Positions 1 through 18,677 of a stretch of 64,000 bases of DNA are shown in pieces. Position 1 is the first letter of the stretch, and each line of letters opens with the position of its first letter. Made by a program: the position numbers and the translations under genes. The notes beneath the pieces were generated by a model that was given only the letters and a program-made list of their open reading frames with translations, ran no database searches and was not told the DNA's origin. The stretch comes from an uncultured Solirubrobacterales bacterium (GTDB lineage Bacteria; Actinomycetota; Thermoleophilia; Solirubrobacterales; Solirubrobacteraceae), in NCBI GenBank assembly GCA_963818545.1, contig CAWFSI010000005.1:2611-66610 (forward strand). Reading direction: 5' to 3'.

Positions 1-6809
<6,809 letters not shown>

Positions 6810-6825
6810 AGCCTCTCCGCCCTGG

Positions 6826-7402
6826 CTAGGCTGATGGGGAGGGCTTGCGCCCAGCTCGTCGTCCGAGCACACTCCGCCTGGATCGACGTAAGGCCAACCG
6901 CCGGCTCGGTCTCTACCAGGAGCGTCGGGGCCGGGCGCGCGGCCGCCCACGCGTGGCAGGACGCATCGAACGCGTCGTCGATCCAGGCCAGCGGCCGCGC
7001 GCCGGCATAGGCGTCGATCGCGTCGAGCTTCCAGTGGCCGCCTAGTCGAGCGGCCCGCGCCCTGTCCACGCTCGAAGCGCAGGAACGGCAGGCCCGCGGG
7101 CAGGCCGAGCAGGTGCGGCAGGTACTCCTCGGCCTTCTCCTCCCAGCCGCTGGCCCAGACCAGGTCGAAGTCCGCGGCTAGGGCCAGCAGATGCGTGGCC
7201 GCCGCAGTGAAAGGAAGTGCGGGATGCCGTCGATCGAATGGAAGACCCCGTCTGGACGGGTGGACGAGTCGATCTGGCTCCCGATCCCTGCCCTGACTCC
7301 GCCGAACAGCGAGATCACCCCGTCGATGTCAACCATCAGCAGCGGCCTGACTGCACCCGGACCGGCGGATGCGCAATCGCACAAGGGTTCTTTAGCTCGC
7401 AT
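6826..7402 (-). CDS. HAD-superfamily phosphatase, Swiss-Army-Knife RNA-repair-like; frameshifted, ends approximate
   Basis: LLMVDIDGV (DxD motif I), [14 protein letters not shown] and EPAVGLT pieces in ORFs 7178..7528 and 6689..7069. Confidence 0.7.
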
Positions 7403-7417
7403 ACAGGTTGGGCCAGG

Positions 7418-7602
7418 TAATCTGCCTGAATCGATCGCGGCAAGTAAAGCACCGAGGCCCCGCCGCCGATGGGCCTCTGACAGCAGTGGGACCGAGCAGG
7501 ACGGCCCACAGAGCAGTCCCGAGACCAACGCTTTGACCTACCTTCAATAATGAACAAGCCCACCTCTCAAATCGCCCGCCCCGAGAACGGACTCGCAGAG
7601 CG
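7418..7602 (+). promoter_or_regulatory. Putative promoter plus structured 5' leader of the DMT gene
   Basis: TAATCT at 7418-7423; hairpins 7454-7477 and 7486-7509. Confidence 0.45.
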
Positions 7603-8486
7603 ATGAAACTCGAGCTCGGCATCCTGTTGGCGCTCGCGTGTGCGTTCGTGGCCAACCTCGGCTTCTTCTACAAGTACAGGGGCGCGAACGCCGTGGCAAA
7701 GGTCGACGTTCGCCACCCGCTACGCAGCCTCAGGGCGCTGTTCTCCTCGGGCTGGTTCGCGCTGGGCATGATCGTCGCGACGGCGAGCTGGGGCCTGCAC
7801 GTGATCGCGCTGGCGCTGGCGCCGATGTCGGTGATCCAGGTCGCGCTGGCGGGCGGAATGGTATTCATCGCGGTGATGGCCGACCGGCTGTTCGGCTTCG
7901 ACGTCGGCCCGCGCCAGTGGATCGGCCTGTCGCTGACCGCGGTCGGGCTGGTGCTGCTCGGGCTGACGCTGCCGGCGATGCACGGCGCGCACTCGCAGTT
8001 CTCCCAGGCGGCGATGATCTCCTTCGAGGCCGGTCTGTTCGGGCTTGGCGCGCTTTTGATCATGGGTCCGCGCATGGGCGGCCGGGTCGAGCACCACGGC
8101 GTGATGCTGGGCGCCGCGGCGGGGATCCTGTTCGGCGTCTCGGACACCGCGATCAAGGCGCTCACTGGCATCACCCATGCGCACGGCGTGAGCGGACTGT
8201 TGCTGAGCCCGTGGCTGCTGGTGGCGGTGCTCGCGTCGATCGTCGCGTTCTATGCGTCCGCGCGCGGTCTGCAGGACGGCGAGGCAGTTCCGGTGATCGC
8301 CGTGACCGGCACCGCCGCGAACATCGCCGGGATCGCCGGGGGGATCGTCGTGTTCGGCGATCCGATGGCGGCCAGCCCGCTGGGTGTGGTGCTGCAGGCC
8401 ACCGCGTTCGTGCTGGTCGTGGTCGCCGCCGCGCTGATGCCGGCGCCGGTGCGCTCGGCCGGCGTGCGCGCGTCGCGCAGGCCTAG
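7603..8486 (+). CDS. DMT/EamA-like multi-pass transporter; probable stop TAG 8484-8486 after an indel
   Basis: About 9-10 hydrophobic segments; ALALAPMSVIQV pattern typical of actinobacterial DMT proteins. Confidence 0.7.
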
Positions 8487-8498
8487 AGCGCCTGGCGC

Positions 8499-8507
8499 TG
8501 CTACCAT
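8499..8507 (+). promoter_or_regulatory. Extended -10 promoter of rpsL
   Basis: TG-c-TACCAT, 9 nt before the ATG; no SD. Confidence 0.6.
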
Positions 8508-8516
8508 CCGCGCCGA

Positions 8517-8912
8517 ATGCCAACTACCTCACAGCTCGTGCGCAAGGGCCGCGTCACTCCCAAGAAGAAGCTCGCCACCCCGGGCTTGAAGTCCGGGAAA
8601 GGGCGCAAGAAGAAGACGGCCGCCCCACAGCGACGCGGCGTGTGCACCCGCGTGTATACGACGACCCCGAAGAAGCCTAACTCCGCGCTGCGCAAGGTCG
8701 CCCGTGTGCGGATCTCAGGCTCGATCGAGGTGACCGCCTACATTCCCGGCGAGGGCCACAACCTGCAGGAGCACTCCGTCGTGCTCGTCCGCGGTGGCCG
8801 CGTCAAGGATCTTCCGGGTGTTCGCTACAAGGTTGTGCGCGGAACGCTCGACGCCGCCGGCGTGAGCGACCGCAAGAAGGCGCGCTCGCAGTACGGCGTG
8901 AAGAAAAAATAG
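8517..8912 (+). CDS. rpsL: 30S ribosomal protein uS12
   Basis: [23 protein letters not shown]. Confidence 0.99.
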   Translation: MPTTSQLVRKGRVTPKKKLATPGLKSGKGRKKKTAAPQRRGVCTRVYTTTPKKPNSALRKVARVRISGSIEVTAYIPGEGHNLQEHSVVLVRGGRVKDLPGVRYKVVRGTLDAAGVSDRKKARSQYGVKKK

Positions 8913-8915
8913 CCT

Positions 8916-9386
8916 ATGCCCCGCCGCGCAGCCGCCCAGATCCGCCCAGTCGAGGCGGACGCAATCCACCGCTCGAAACTCGTGCAGCAGGTCATCAACA
9001 AGGTGATGCTCGACGGCAAGAAGTCGACGGCCGAGCGGATCGTCTACGACGCGCTCGCGCTGGTCGCCGAGCGCTCGGACAAAGACCCGGTGGAGACGCT
9101 CGAGGCTTCGATCAAAGCGCTGACGCCGACGCTCGAGGTCAAATCGAGGCGGGTCGGCGGCGCCACCTACCAGGTGCCGGTCGAGGTCGCCCCGCGCCGC
9201 GCGCGTACGCTGGCGGTCCGCTGGCTGGTCGAGTTCGCCCGCAATCGGCGCGAGAAGACGATGGCCCAGCGTCTCGCGAACGAGCTCTCAGACGCGCTCT
9301 CCCAGCAGGGTGGCGCCTACAAGCGCAAGGACGACATCTATCGCATGGCGCAGGCCAACAAGGCCTTCGCCCACTACCGCTGGTAG
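8916..9386 (+). CDS. rpsG: 30S ribosomal protein uS7
   Basis: [22 protein letters not shown]. Confidence 0.99.
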   Translation: MPRRAAAQIRPVEADAIHRSKLVQQVINKVMLDGKKSTAERIVYDALALVAERSDKDPVETLEASIKALTPTLEVKSRRVGGATYQVPVEVAPRRARTLAVRWLVEFARNRREKTMAQRLANELSDALSQQGGAYKRKDDIYRMAQANKAFAHYRW

Positions 9387-9468
9387 CGGGGCCACGGCGC
9401 ACTGCGTCCGACGGTGCGGCACACTTCGCTCACTGCGTCCTTGTCTCGCTTGGTCCTCGCACCGCTAC
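9383..9468 (+). repeat. Dispersed structured repeat, copy 1
   Basis: Terminal IR GTAGCGG/CCGCTAC; core CACACTTCGCTCACTGCGTCCTTG..GCTTG shared with 18347 and 32405. Confidence 0.7.
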
Positions 9469-9543
9469 TTGGTGGGCGGAACTTCCGAGAGCGCAGGTAC
9501 AGAAGCCTGTGTGACGGATCGTAGAGGCCTTGAAGAAGGAAGC

Positions 9544-9570
9544 TTCGGTACCTAACCTTTCGGTACCAAA
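9544..9570. promoter_or_regulatory. Two tandem palindromic operator boxes, probably MarR sites
   Basis: TTCGGTACCTAA 9544-9555 and TTCGGTACCAAA 9559-9570 (TTnGGTACCnAA) directly before the MFS start. Confidence 0.6.
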
Positions 9571-11054
9571 TGTCTTCCCAGGCCCCAGACACCGAGTTCA
9601 ACCCAGCCGCGTCCGATCACATCGAGCGCCACGTGTGGGTCGTCTGCTGCGTGGTGATCCTCGGGATGATCATGTCGATCCTCGACACGACGATCGTCAA
9701 CGTCGCGCTGAACACCCTTTCGAAGGATCTGCACAGCCCGCTCTCTCAGGTCCAGTGGGTGATCACCGGCTACCTGCTCTCGCTCGCCGCCGTGATTCCC
9801 GTGACGGGCTGGGCGGCCCGCCGGTTCGGAGCCAAGCAGGTCTACATGACCTCGTTGGTGCTGTTCACCGCCGGTTCGGCGCTGTGTGGCTCGCCAACTC
9901 GGTCACTCGCTGGTGATCTTCCGCATCCTGCAGGGCGCCGGCGGCGGGATGATCATGCCGGTCGCGATGATGATCATGGCCCAGGTCGCCGGTCCGCAGC
10001 GGATGGGCAGGGTGATGGGGTTCGTATCGATGCCCGCGATGATCGCCCCGATCCTCGGGCCGGTCGTCGGCGGGCTGATCCTCGAGAACCTGCACTGGTC
10101 GTGGATCTTCTTCGTCAACGTCCCGATCGGCATGATCGCGTTCGCGCTCGGCTGGCGGATACTGCCGCAGCACCGACTCCGGAGTCGCCGGGCGCCTGGA
10201 CGTGCTCGGCCTGGCGCTGCTTCCCACGGGCTGCGCGGCGGTCATCTACGGCATCAGCGAGCTCGGCATCCGGCTCGGCTTTGGGCTCGGGCAAGGTGAT
10301 CCTGCCGACGATTGCCGGCGCCGTGCTGATCGTGCTGTTCTGCTTTCACGCCCTACGCATCGAGCGCCCGTTGCTCGACATCCGCCTGTACGTCAACCGC
10401 GTCTTCGCCGGCGCCGCGTTCGTCAACTTCGGCCTCGGCGCCGCGCTGTTCGGGGCGATGATCCTCGTGCCGCTGTATTACCAGGAGGTGCGCGGCCAGA
10501 GCGTGATCAACACCGGCCTGCTGACCGGCCCGCAGGGGATCGGTGCGCTGATCGCGATGCCGCTCGCCAGCCGCCTGACGCAGCGCTTCAGCGGCGGCCG
10601 CGTCGCGCTCGGCGGGATCTTGCTCCTCTGTGTCAGCACGATCCCGTTCACGTTCATCGGCGCGGACACCTCGATCGTGGCGATCTCGCTCGTGCTCGTC
10701 GTGCGCGGGCTGAGCATCGGGATGTGCTTCATGCCCGCGATGAGCGCCGCCTTCTCGGCGATGCGCCCCGAGCAGATCTCCGATGCCACCCCGCAGATCA
10801 CCGTGCTGCAGCGAACCGGTGGCGCGATCGGCACCGCGGTCCTCGCGGTGGTGCTGCAGCGCGCGGGAGCGGGCGCGCACTCCCCGGCGGAGCTCGCGAG
10901 CGCGTTCGATACCGCCTACTGGTGGGCGTTCGGGATCGCCGCGCTGTCGCTGATTCCCTGCGTGGTGCTGTTGCGGGCTGAGAAACCACAGCAGGCAAAG
11001 CTCGCTCGTGAGGCGTCGGGCACCGACGCCGCGCTCGAGCCGGCGGGTGCGTAG
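9570..11054 (+). CDS. DHA2 (EmrB/QacA-like) MFS efflux transporter; several apparent indels
   Basis: LDTTIVNVAL, QWVITGYLL, FRILQGAGGG, WSWIFFVNVPIG. Confidence 0.9.
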   Translation: MSSQAPDTEFNPAASDHIERHVWVVCCVVILGMIMSILDTTIVNVALNTLSKDLHSPLSQVQWVITGYLLSLAAVIPVTGWAARRFGAKQVYMTSLVLFTAGSALCGSPTRSLAGDLPHPAGRRRRDDHAGRDDDHGPGRRSAADGQGDGVRIDARDDRPDPRAGRRRADPREPALVVDLLRQRPDRHDRVRARLADTAAAPTPESPGAWTCSAWRCFPRAARRSSTASASSASGSALGSGKVILPTIAGAVLIVLFCFHALRIERPLLDIRLYVNRVFAGAAFVNFGLGAALFGAMILVPLYYQEVRGQSVINTGLLTGPQGIGALIAMPLASRLTQRFSGGRVALGGILLLCVSTIPFTFIGADTSIVAISLVLVVRGLSIGMCFMPAMSAAFSAMRPEQISDATPQITVLQRTGGAIGTAVLAVVLQRAGAGAHSPAELASAFDTAYWWAFGIAALSLIPCVVLLRAEKPQQAKLAREASGTDAALEPAGA

Positions 11055-11062
11055 GGAGTGCG

Positions 11063-11587
11063 ATGAGCTCCGCCCCGGACCTCACACGCCCGGCCAAGGT
11101 GGCCACCGAGGACGAGCCGCAGTGGACCGATGAGCTGACCGCCCTGGGCCTGGCCTTCCGCCGCGTGTTTCGCACCCTCAGCCGTCTGCGCGGGCGCGAT
11201 ACGCACCTCGGCGGCTCTGAGCTGAGCCATGCCCAGTTCGAGCTGCTGATCGAGCTCGACGAGCGCGGTGAGCTGCAGGCTGGGGAGCTGGCGCTCGCCG
11301 CGCGCATGGCGCCGGGAACGGTCACGCAGATGCTCGACCACCTGGCCGATGCCGGCCACGTCGAACGGGTTCGCTCGGAGACCGACCGGCGGGTTGTGGT
11401 CTCGCGACTGACGGCCCAGGGACGGCGCAAGATCGAGGCCAAGCGCAAGGCCTGGCAGATCCGCTGGGAACAGGCGCTCCAGGACGTGGATACCGACGAT
11501 CTGCGCGCCGCCACGCGCGTGCTCGAGCGTCTCGGCACAGTGTTCGAGGACGCCCCTTCGGCCGAGGATCGCGATCCGCTCCGCTAG
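11063..11587 (+). CDS. MarR-family transcriptional regulator
   Basis: wHTH with VERVRSETDRRVVVSRLT. Confidence 0.9.
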   Translation: MSSAPDLTRPAKVATEDEPQWTDELTALGLAFRRVFRTLSRLRGRDTHLGGSELSHAQFELLIELDERGELQAGELALAARMAPGTVTQMLDHLADAGHVERVRSETDRRVVVSRLTAQGRRKIEAKRKAWQIRWEQALQDVDTDDLRAATRVLERLGTVFEDAPSAEDRDPLR

Positions 11588-11654
11588 GGCGAGCATCTGG
11601 GTCCTGAGGGCGGGCGGGAACTCCCGAAACGCCCGCGAAATGCCCCGATTGCTC

Positions 11655-11663
11655 TGCTATAGT
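11655..11663 (+). promoter_or_regulatory. Extended -10 promoter upstream of fusA
   Basis: TG-c-TATAGT. Confidence 0.65.
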
Positions 11664-11785
11664 CGTCCCTCGCTTCGCGGGCGGAGCAGTCGTGCGAGCA
11701 TGTCCCACGGAGCGAACCGACCAAGATGGAGACCTCGAGCAGATAACGACGCGAACCGGTCCAGATCAGACCAGCAGCGCGCGCG

Positions 11786-11809
11786 TGGGCCCGAGGGGCC
11801 CATTTTTTT
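11786..11809 (+). terminator. Intrinsic terminator-like hairpin inside the fusA leader
   Basis: TGGGCCC-GAG-GGGCCCA followed by T7. Confidence 0.75.
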
Positions 11810-11889
11810 GCTTGAAAACAGCCAGCCGCAGTTCCAGCCAGCGCTCAAAAGCTGGCCCGAGACATCACACGAGCATTCCCACCTGAGCC

Positions 11890-13990
<2,101 letters not shown>

Positions 13991-14099
13991 ACCAGCCTGA
14001 TCACAGCACCCAGCAAACACGAAACACCGCAGTTAGATAGATTTCCCCGGTTCGCCCTCGAAGGCGAGCCTAAACAAGCTGATTGAGGAGCGAGTAAAA

Positions 14100-15284
14100 G
14101 TGGCGAAGGAGAAGTTCGAGCGCGACAAGCCGCACGTCAACGTCGGGACCATCGGTCACATCGACCATGGCAAGACGACGCTGACCGCTGCCATCACGAC
14201 GGTGCTGGCGGAGAAGATGGGCGGCGAAGCCCGTAGCTTCGAGGAGATCGACAACGCGCCGGAGGAGAAGGAGCGCGGCATCACGATCGCCACCTCGCAC
14301 GTCGAGTATCAGACGGAGAACCGCCACTACGCGCACGTCGACTGCCCGGGGCACGCCGACTACGTGAAGAACATGATCACGGGCGCCGCGCAGATGGACG
14401 GCGCGATCCTGGTGGTATCCGCCGCCGATGGCCCGATGCCGCAGACGCGCGAGCACATCCTGCTGGCTCGCCAGGTGGGCGTCCCCTACATCGTCGTGTT
14501 TCTCAACAAGGCCGACATGGTCGACGACGAGGAGCTGATGGAGCTCGTCGAGGTCGAGGTTCGCGAGCTGCTCTCCGAGTACGACTTCCCGGGCGATGAC
14601 ATCCCGTTCATCACCGGTTCGGCGCTGAAGGCGCTGGAAGGTGACGACGCCTACAAGGAGAAGATCGTCGAGCTGGCAGCGGCGCTCGACTCCTACATCC
14701 CCGAGCCCGTGCGCGAGCTCGACAAGCCGTTTTTGATGCCGGTCGAGGACGTCTTCTCGATCACCGGCCGCGGCACCGTGGCCACCGGTCGCGTGGAGCA
14801 GGGCATCGTCAACACCGGCGACACTGTGGAGATCGTGGGTGTCCACGACACCAGCAACACGGTCGTCACCGGCGTGGAGATGTTCCGCAAGATCCTCGAC
14901 CAGGGCCAGGCGGGCGACAACGTCGGCTGCCTCTTGCGCGGCACCAAGCGCGAGGAGATCGAGCGCGGCCAGGTGCTGTGCAAGCCCGGATCGATCACGC
15001 CGCACACCAAGTTCAAGTCCGAGGTCTACGTGCTCAAGAAGGAGGAGGGCGGCCGTCACACGCCGTTCTTCACGGGCTACAGGCCGCAGTTCTATTTCCG
15101 TACCACCGACGTGACCGGGCAGGCGAAGCTGCCCGATGGCGTCGAGATGGTCATGCCCGGCGACAACGTCCAGATGGAGATCGAGCTGATCCAGCCGATC
15201 GCGATGGATCAGGGCCTGCGTTTCGCCATCCGCGAGGGTGGTCGCACGGTCGGCTCGGGCGTGGTCAGCGAGATCATCGAGTAG
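14100..15284 (+). CDS. tuf: Elongation factor Tu
   Basis: [35 protein letters not shown]; SD GAGGAG. Confidence 0.99.
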   Translation: MAKEKFERDKPHVNVGTIGHIDHGKTTLTAAITTVLAEKMGGEARSFEEIDNAPEEKERGITIATSHVEYQTENRHYAHVDCPGHADYVKNMITGAAQMDGAILVVSAADGPMPQTREHILLARQVGVPYIVVFLNKADMVDDEELMELVEVEVRELLSEYDFPGDDIPFITGSALKALEGDDAYKEKIVELAAALDSYIPEPVRELDKPFLMPVEDVFSITGRGTVATGRVEQGIVNTGDTVEIVGVHDTSNTVVTGVEMFRKILDQGQAGDNVGCLLRGTKREEIERGQVLCKPGSITPHTKFKSEVYVLKKEEGGRHTPFFTGYRPQFYFRTTDVTGQAKLPDGVEMVMPGDNVQMEIELIQPIAMDQGLRFAIREGGRTVGSGVVSEIIE

Positions 15285-15500
15285 TACACGTGCGCCCTTA
15301 GGAGATCGCCGGGGCGCACGCCCATTTGGTAGTCCGATACGACGAAGTGAGCCCCGCCTGCAAGGCGAGGGGACGGAATGCCCGCACGGACCCGCCCTTT
15401 CTACGTCCTCAGGGGTGGGCCCGGTGGGGAGTCCCCGCCGTATGAAGGTCGCATCGACCGCAACAAACCAAGACGCAGATAGAGATCCGAGAGAACGAAA

Positions 15501-15827
15501 ATGGCAGCCACCACCCAGAACAAGATCCGCATCCGACTGAAGGCGTACGACACGTCCGCGATCGAGTCGGCGGCGAAGGAGATCGTGGAGACCGCGACGC
15601 GCACCGGCGCGAGCGTTTCCGGGCCGGTGCCGTTGCCGACCGAGAAGAACGTGTACTGCGTGATCAGATCGCCGTTCAAGGACAAGGATTCGCGCGAGCA
15701 CTTCGAGATCCGCACGCACAAGCGGCTGATCGACATTCACCAGCCAACGCCGAAGACGGTCGACTCGCTGCAGCGCTTGGATCACCTGCCGGCGGGCGTC
15801 GACATCGAGATTCGTCTCGCGACCTGA
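15501..15827 (+). CDS. rpsJ: 30S ribosomal protein uS10
   Basis: [25 protein letters not shown]. Confidence 0.98.
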   Translation: MAATTQNKIRIRLKAYDTSAIESAAKEIVETATRTGASVSGPVPLPTEKNVYCVIRSPFKDKDSREHFEIRTHKRLIDIHQPTPKTVDSLQRLDHLPAGVDIEIRLAT

Positions 15828-15836
15828 GACTGATCG

Positions 15837-16456
15837 ATGGCGGCGATCCTCGCAAAGAAGCTCGGCATGACCCAGGTCTTCCAGGAGGATGGGCGCGTCG
15901 CGCGTGTAACCGTGCTGCAGGCCGGGCCGTGTCCGGTGACCGCGATCCGCACGCTCGAGCGCGACGGCTACGAGGCGGTCCAGCTGGCGTTCGGCGCAGA
16001 CCAAGGAGAAGCACCTGACGAAAGCCGAGCTCGGGCATCTGAAGAAGGCCGACGCGGCGCCGATGCGCCACCTGGTCGAGTTCCGCGACGAGGCCGGCAG
16101 AGCTGCAAATGGGCGAGACGGTGACCGTCGAGTCCTTCGAGGTGGGCGCGCGCGTGAAGGTCGCGGGGACCTCCAAGGGGAAGGGTTTTCAGGGAACGAT
16201 CAAGCGTCACAACTTCGCCAGCGGCCCGAAGTCGCACGGCTCGCACAACGTTCGCGCGCCGGGCTCGATCGGCGCTTCGGCGACGCCCTCGCGCGTGTTC
16301 AAGGGCATCCGCGGCCCAGGGCAGATGGGCAACAAGCGCGCCTCGCAGAAGGGCCTCGAGGTCGTCGCGGTGGACGCGAAGGAGAACCTGTTGATGGTGC
16401 GCGGCTCGGTACCCGGGGCGACGGGCGCGTTGGTGGAGGTGCGAACAGATGCCTGA
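15837..16456 (+). CDS. rplC: 50S ribosomal protein uL3 (apparent indels)
   Basis: [27 protein letters not shown]. Confidence 0.96.
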
Positions 16457-17115
16457 CGCCCCGATACTCGGAGCCGAAAGCGACCAAGAAGGTAAAGCTC
16501 GACGAGGGCATCTTCACGGCCCGCTTCAACGAAGCGCTCGTGCACCAGAGCGTGCGCGCCGAGCAGGCCGCGCGCCGGCGCGGAACGGCTGCGACGAAGA
16601 CACGCGGCATGGTCTCAGGCGGCGGCGCCAAGCCGTGGCGGCAGAAGGGGACCGGACGCGCGCGTGCGGGCTCGAACCGCTCGCCGATCTGGACGGGCGG
16701 CGGCGTCGTGTTCGGGCCGCAGCCGCGTTCATATACGTTCAAGGTCAACCGCAAGGAGCAGCGCGCCGCGCTGCGCAGCGCGCTGTCGCTGCACGCCGAG
16801 CGCGGTTCGCTGGCGGTACTCGACACTTCTGCGTTCAGCGCGCCGAAGACCAAGCAGGCGTTTGAGCTGCTCGACGATTGGGATTCGTCTGCCCGTCCGT
16901 CCGGCTCGACACTGGTGGTGCTCGCCGCCGAGGACGCGAACGCGGCGCTGTCATTCCGCAACCTCGCGGGCGTGGCGGTGCTGACGCACGAGAACGTCGG
17001 CGTCGCCGATCTGCTGGGCGCGGCCTCGCTGGTGATCTCTCGACCGGCGCTCGATGCGCTGACCGCGCGCGCTGCCGGATCGGCCACCACAGCCGCCGAG
17101 GAGGCGAAGGCCTGA
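16449..17115 (+). CDS. rplD: 50S ribosomal protein uL4 (indel near start)
   Basis: KPWRQKGTGRARAGS, GGGVVFGPQP. Confidence 0.97.
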
Positions 17116-17411
17116 TGGAGCATTCACAGGTGATCCTCCGGCCGGTCGTGTCCGAGAAGAGCTACGTTCTGTCGGCCGCGAACAGGTACACGTTCAGCGT
17201 ACACCCCGACGCGCACAAGACGCAGATCCGTCAGGCGGTGGAGGCGCTGTTCGAGGTGCACGTCGTCGAGGTGCGGACGCTGAGCGTCAAGTCCAAGCCC
17301 AAGCGCCGCGGCGGTATCGCCGGTCGTACGCGCGTGTGGAAGAAGGCGATCGTGCAGATCCGCGCCGGCGAGAGCATCCCGATCTTCCAAGGCCTGCAGG
17401 CGCTGGACTAG
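17115..17411 (+). CDS. rplW: 50S ribosomal protein uL23
   Basis: ILRPVVSEKS, WKKAIV. Confidence 0.96.
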   Translation: MEHSQVILRPVVSEKSYVLSAANRYTFSVHPDAHKTQIRQAVEALFEVHVVEVRTLSVKSKPKRRGGIAGRTRVWKKAIVQIRAGESIPIFQGLQALD

Positions 17412-17444
17412 TAGAGGCAGAGAGAGAGAGTTAGATAGACGACC

Positions 17445-18289
17445 ATGCCCATCCGTAAGCCAAAGCCCACGAGCCCAGGTATGCGTTTCGTGTCCTACCC
17501 GGACTTCGCCGAGATCACGAAGTCAGAGCCCGAGAAGACTCTGATCGAAGGTCTGAAGAAGAGCGGCGGGCGCAACGCGCACGGGCGCAAGACCTCGCGC
17601 CATCGCGGCGGCGGCGCCAAACGCGCCTACCGGCGGGTGGACTTCAAGCGCCGCAAGGACGGCGTTCCCGCGAAGGTCGCGGCGATCGAGTACGACCCCA
17701 ACCGCTCCGCCTATATCGCACTGCTGCACTACGCCGACGGCGAGAAGCGCTACATCCTCGCGCCGCAGCGTTTGGCCGTGGGGGCGACGGTCGCCTCCGG
17801 TGACGGCGCCGACATCGCGACGGGCAACTGCATGGAGCTGGCGCGGATGCCGGTCGGCACGGTCGTGCACAACGTCGAGCTGCAGCCCGGTCGCGGCGGC
17901 CAGCTGGCGCGCTCGGCGGGGGCGTCGGTGCAGCTGATGGCAAAGGACGGCGAGATGGCGACGCTGCGCCTGCCCTCCGGCGAGATGCGCCTCGTGCGCG
18001 CCGAGTGCAGGGCGACGGTCGGCACGATCGGCAACGCCGAGCACCAGAACGTGAAGGTCGGCAAGGCCGGCCGCAAGCGCCACATGGGCGTGCGCCCGCA
18101 GACGCGTGGCGTGGCGATGAACCCGGTCGATCACCCGCACGGCGGCGGCGAGGGCTCGACGACGGCCGGCCGCCATCCGGTGACGCCGTGGGGCGTGCCG
18201 ACGTTGGGGTATCGCACGCGCAAGAAAAACAAGACTTCGACCGGTACATCGTCCGCGGCCGTAGGCGTGGAAAGGGCAGGAGCAGATGA
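17445..18289 (+). CDS. rplB: 50S ribosomal protein uL2 (indel near 18238; stop TGA 18287-18289)
   Basis: [21 protein letters not shown]; C-terminus [16 protein letters not shown] in the shifted frame. Confidence 0.97.
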
Positions 18290-18408
18290 GTCCACGAACA
18301 CGCATGGCGGCGCTGGATCGGCGTCCTCGGTCGCTCGCGTGCGAAGCACGCCACGCTCCTGCGTCCTTGCCCAGCTTGCCCTGCGTGCCCGTGGAGGGAT
18401 CAGAATGA
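18286..18408 (+). repeat. Dispersed structured repeat, copy 2, encoding a 40-aa mini-ORF with ATGA overlaps at both ends
   Basis: ATG 18286 overlaps rplB TGA; TGA 18406-18408 overlaps rpsS ATG 18405; outer IR TCCACG..CACGCA/TGCGTG..CGTGGA. Confidence 0.75.
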
Positions 18409-18677
18409 GTCGCTCGAGCAAGAAGGGCCCGTGGGTCGAAGAGCGTTTGATGAAGCGGATCGAGGCGCTGAACGCGGAGAACAACAAAAAAATGCTGCGG
18501 ACGTGGTCACGGGCTTCGACGATCTTTCCGGAGATGGTCGGGCACACGATCGCGGTGCACGACGGCAAAAAGCACGTGCCGGTGTTCGTGAGCGAGTCGA
18601 TGGTCGGGCACAAGCTCGGCGAGTTCGCGCCGACGCGGACCTATCGCGGGCATGTCGGGTCGGGGAGGGTCCGATGA
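18405..18677 (+). CDS. rpsS: 30S ribosomal protein uS19
   Basis: [20 protein letters not shown]. Confidence 0.98.
   Translation: MSRSSKKGPWVEERLMKRIEALNAENNKKMLRTWSRASTIFPEMVGHTIAVHDGKKHVPVFVSESMVGHKLGEFAPTRTYRGHVGSGRVR

Noticed and set aside
17445-18677. uL2-uS19 fusion protein (410-aa ORF)
   Set aside because: Caused by a one-base loss near 18238; the normal uL2 C-terminus and stop are in the adjacent frame.
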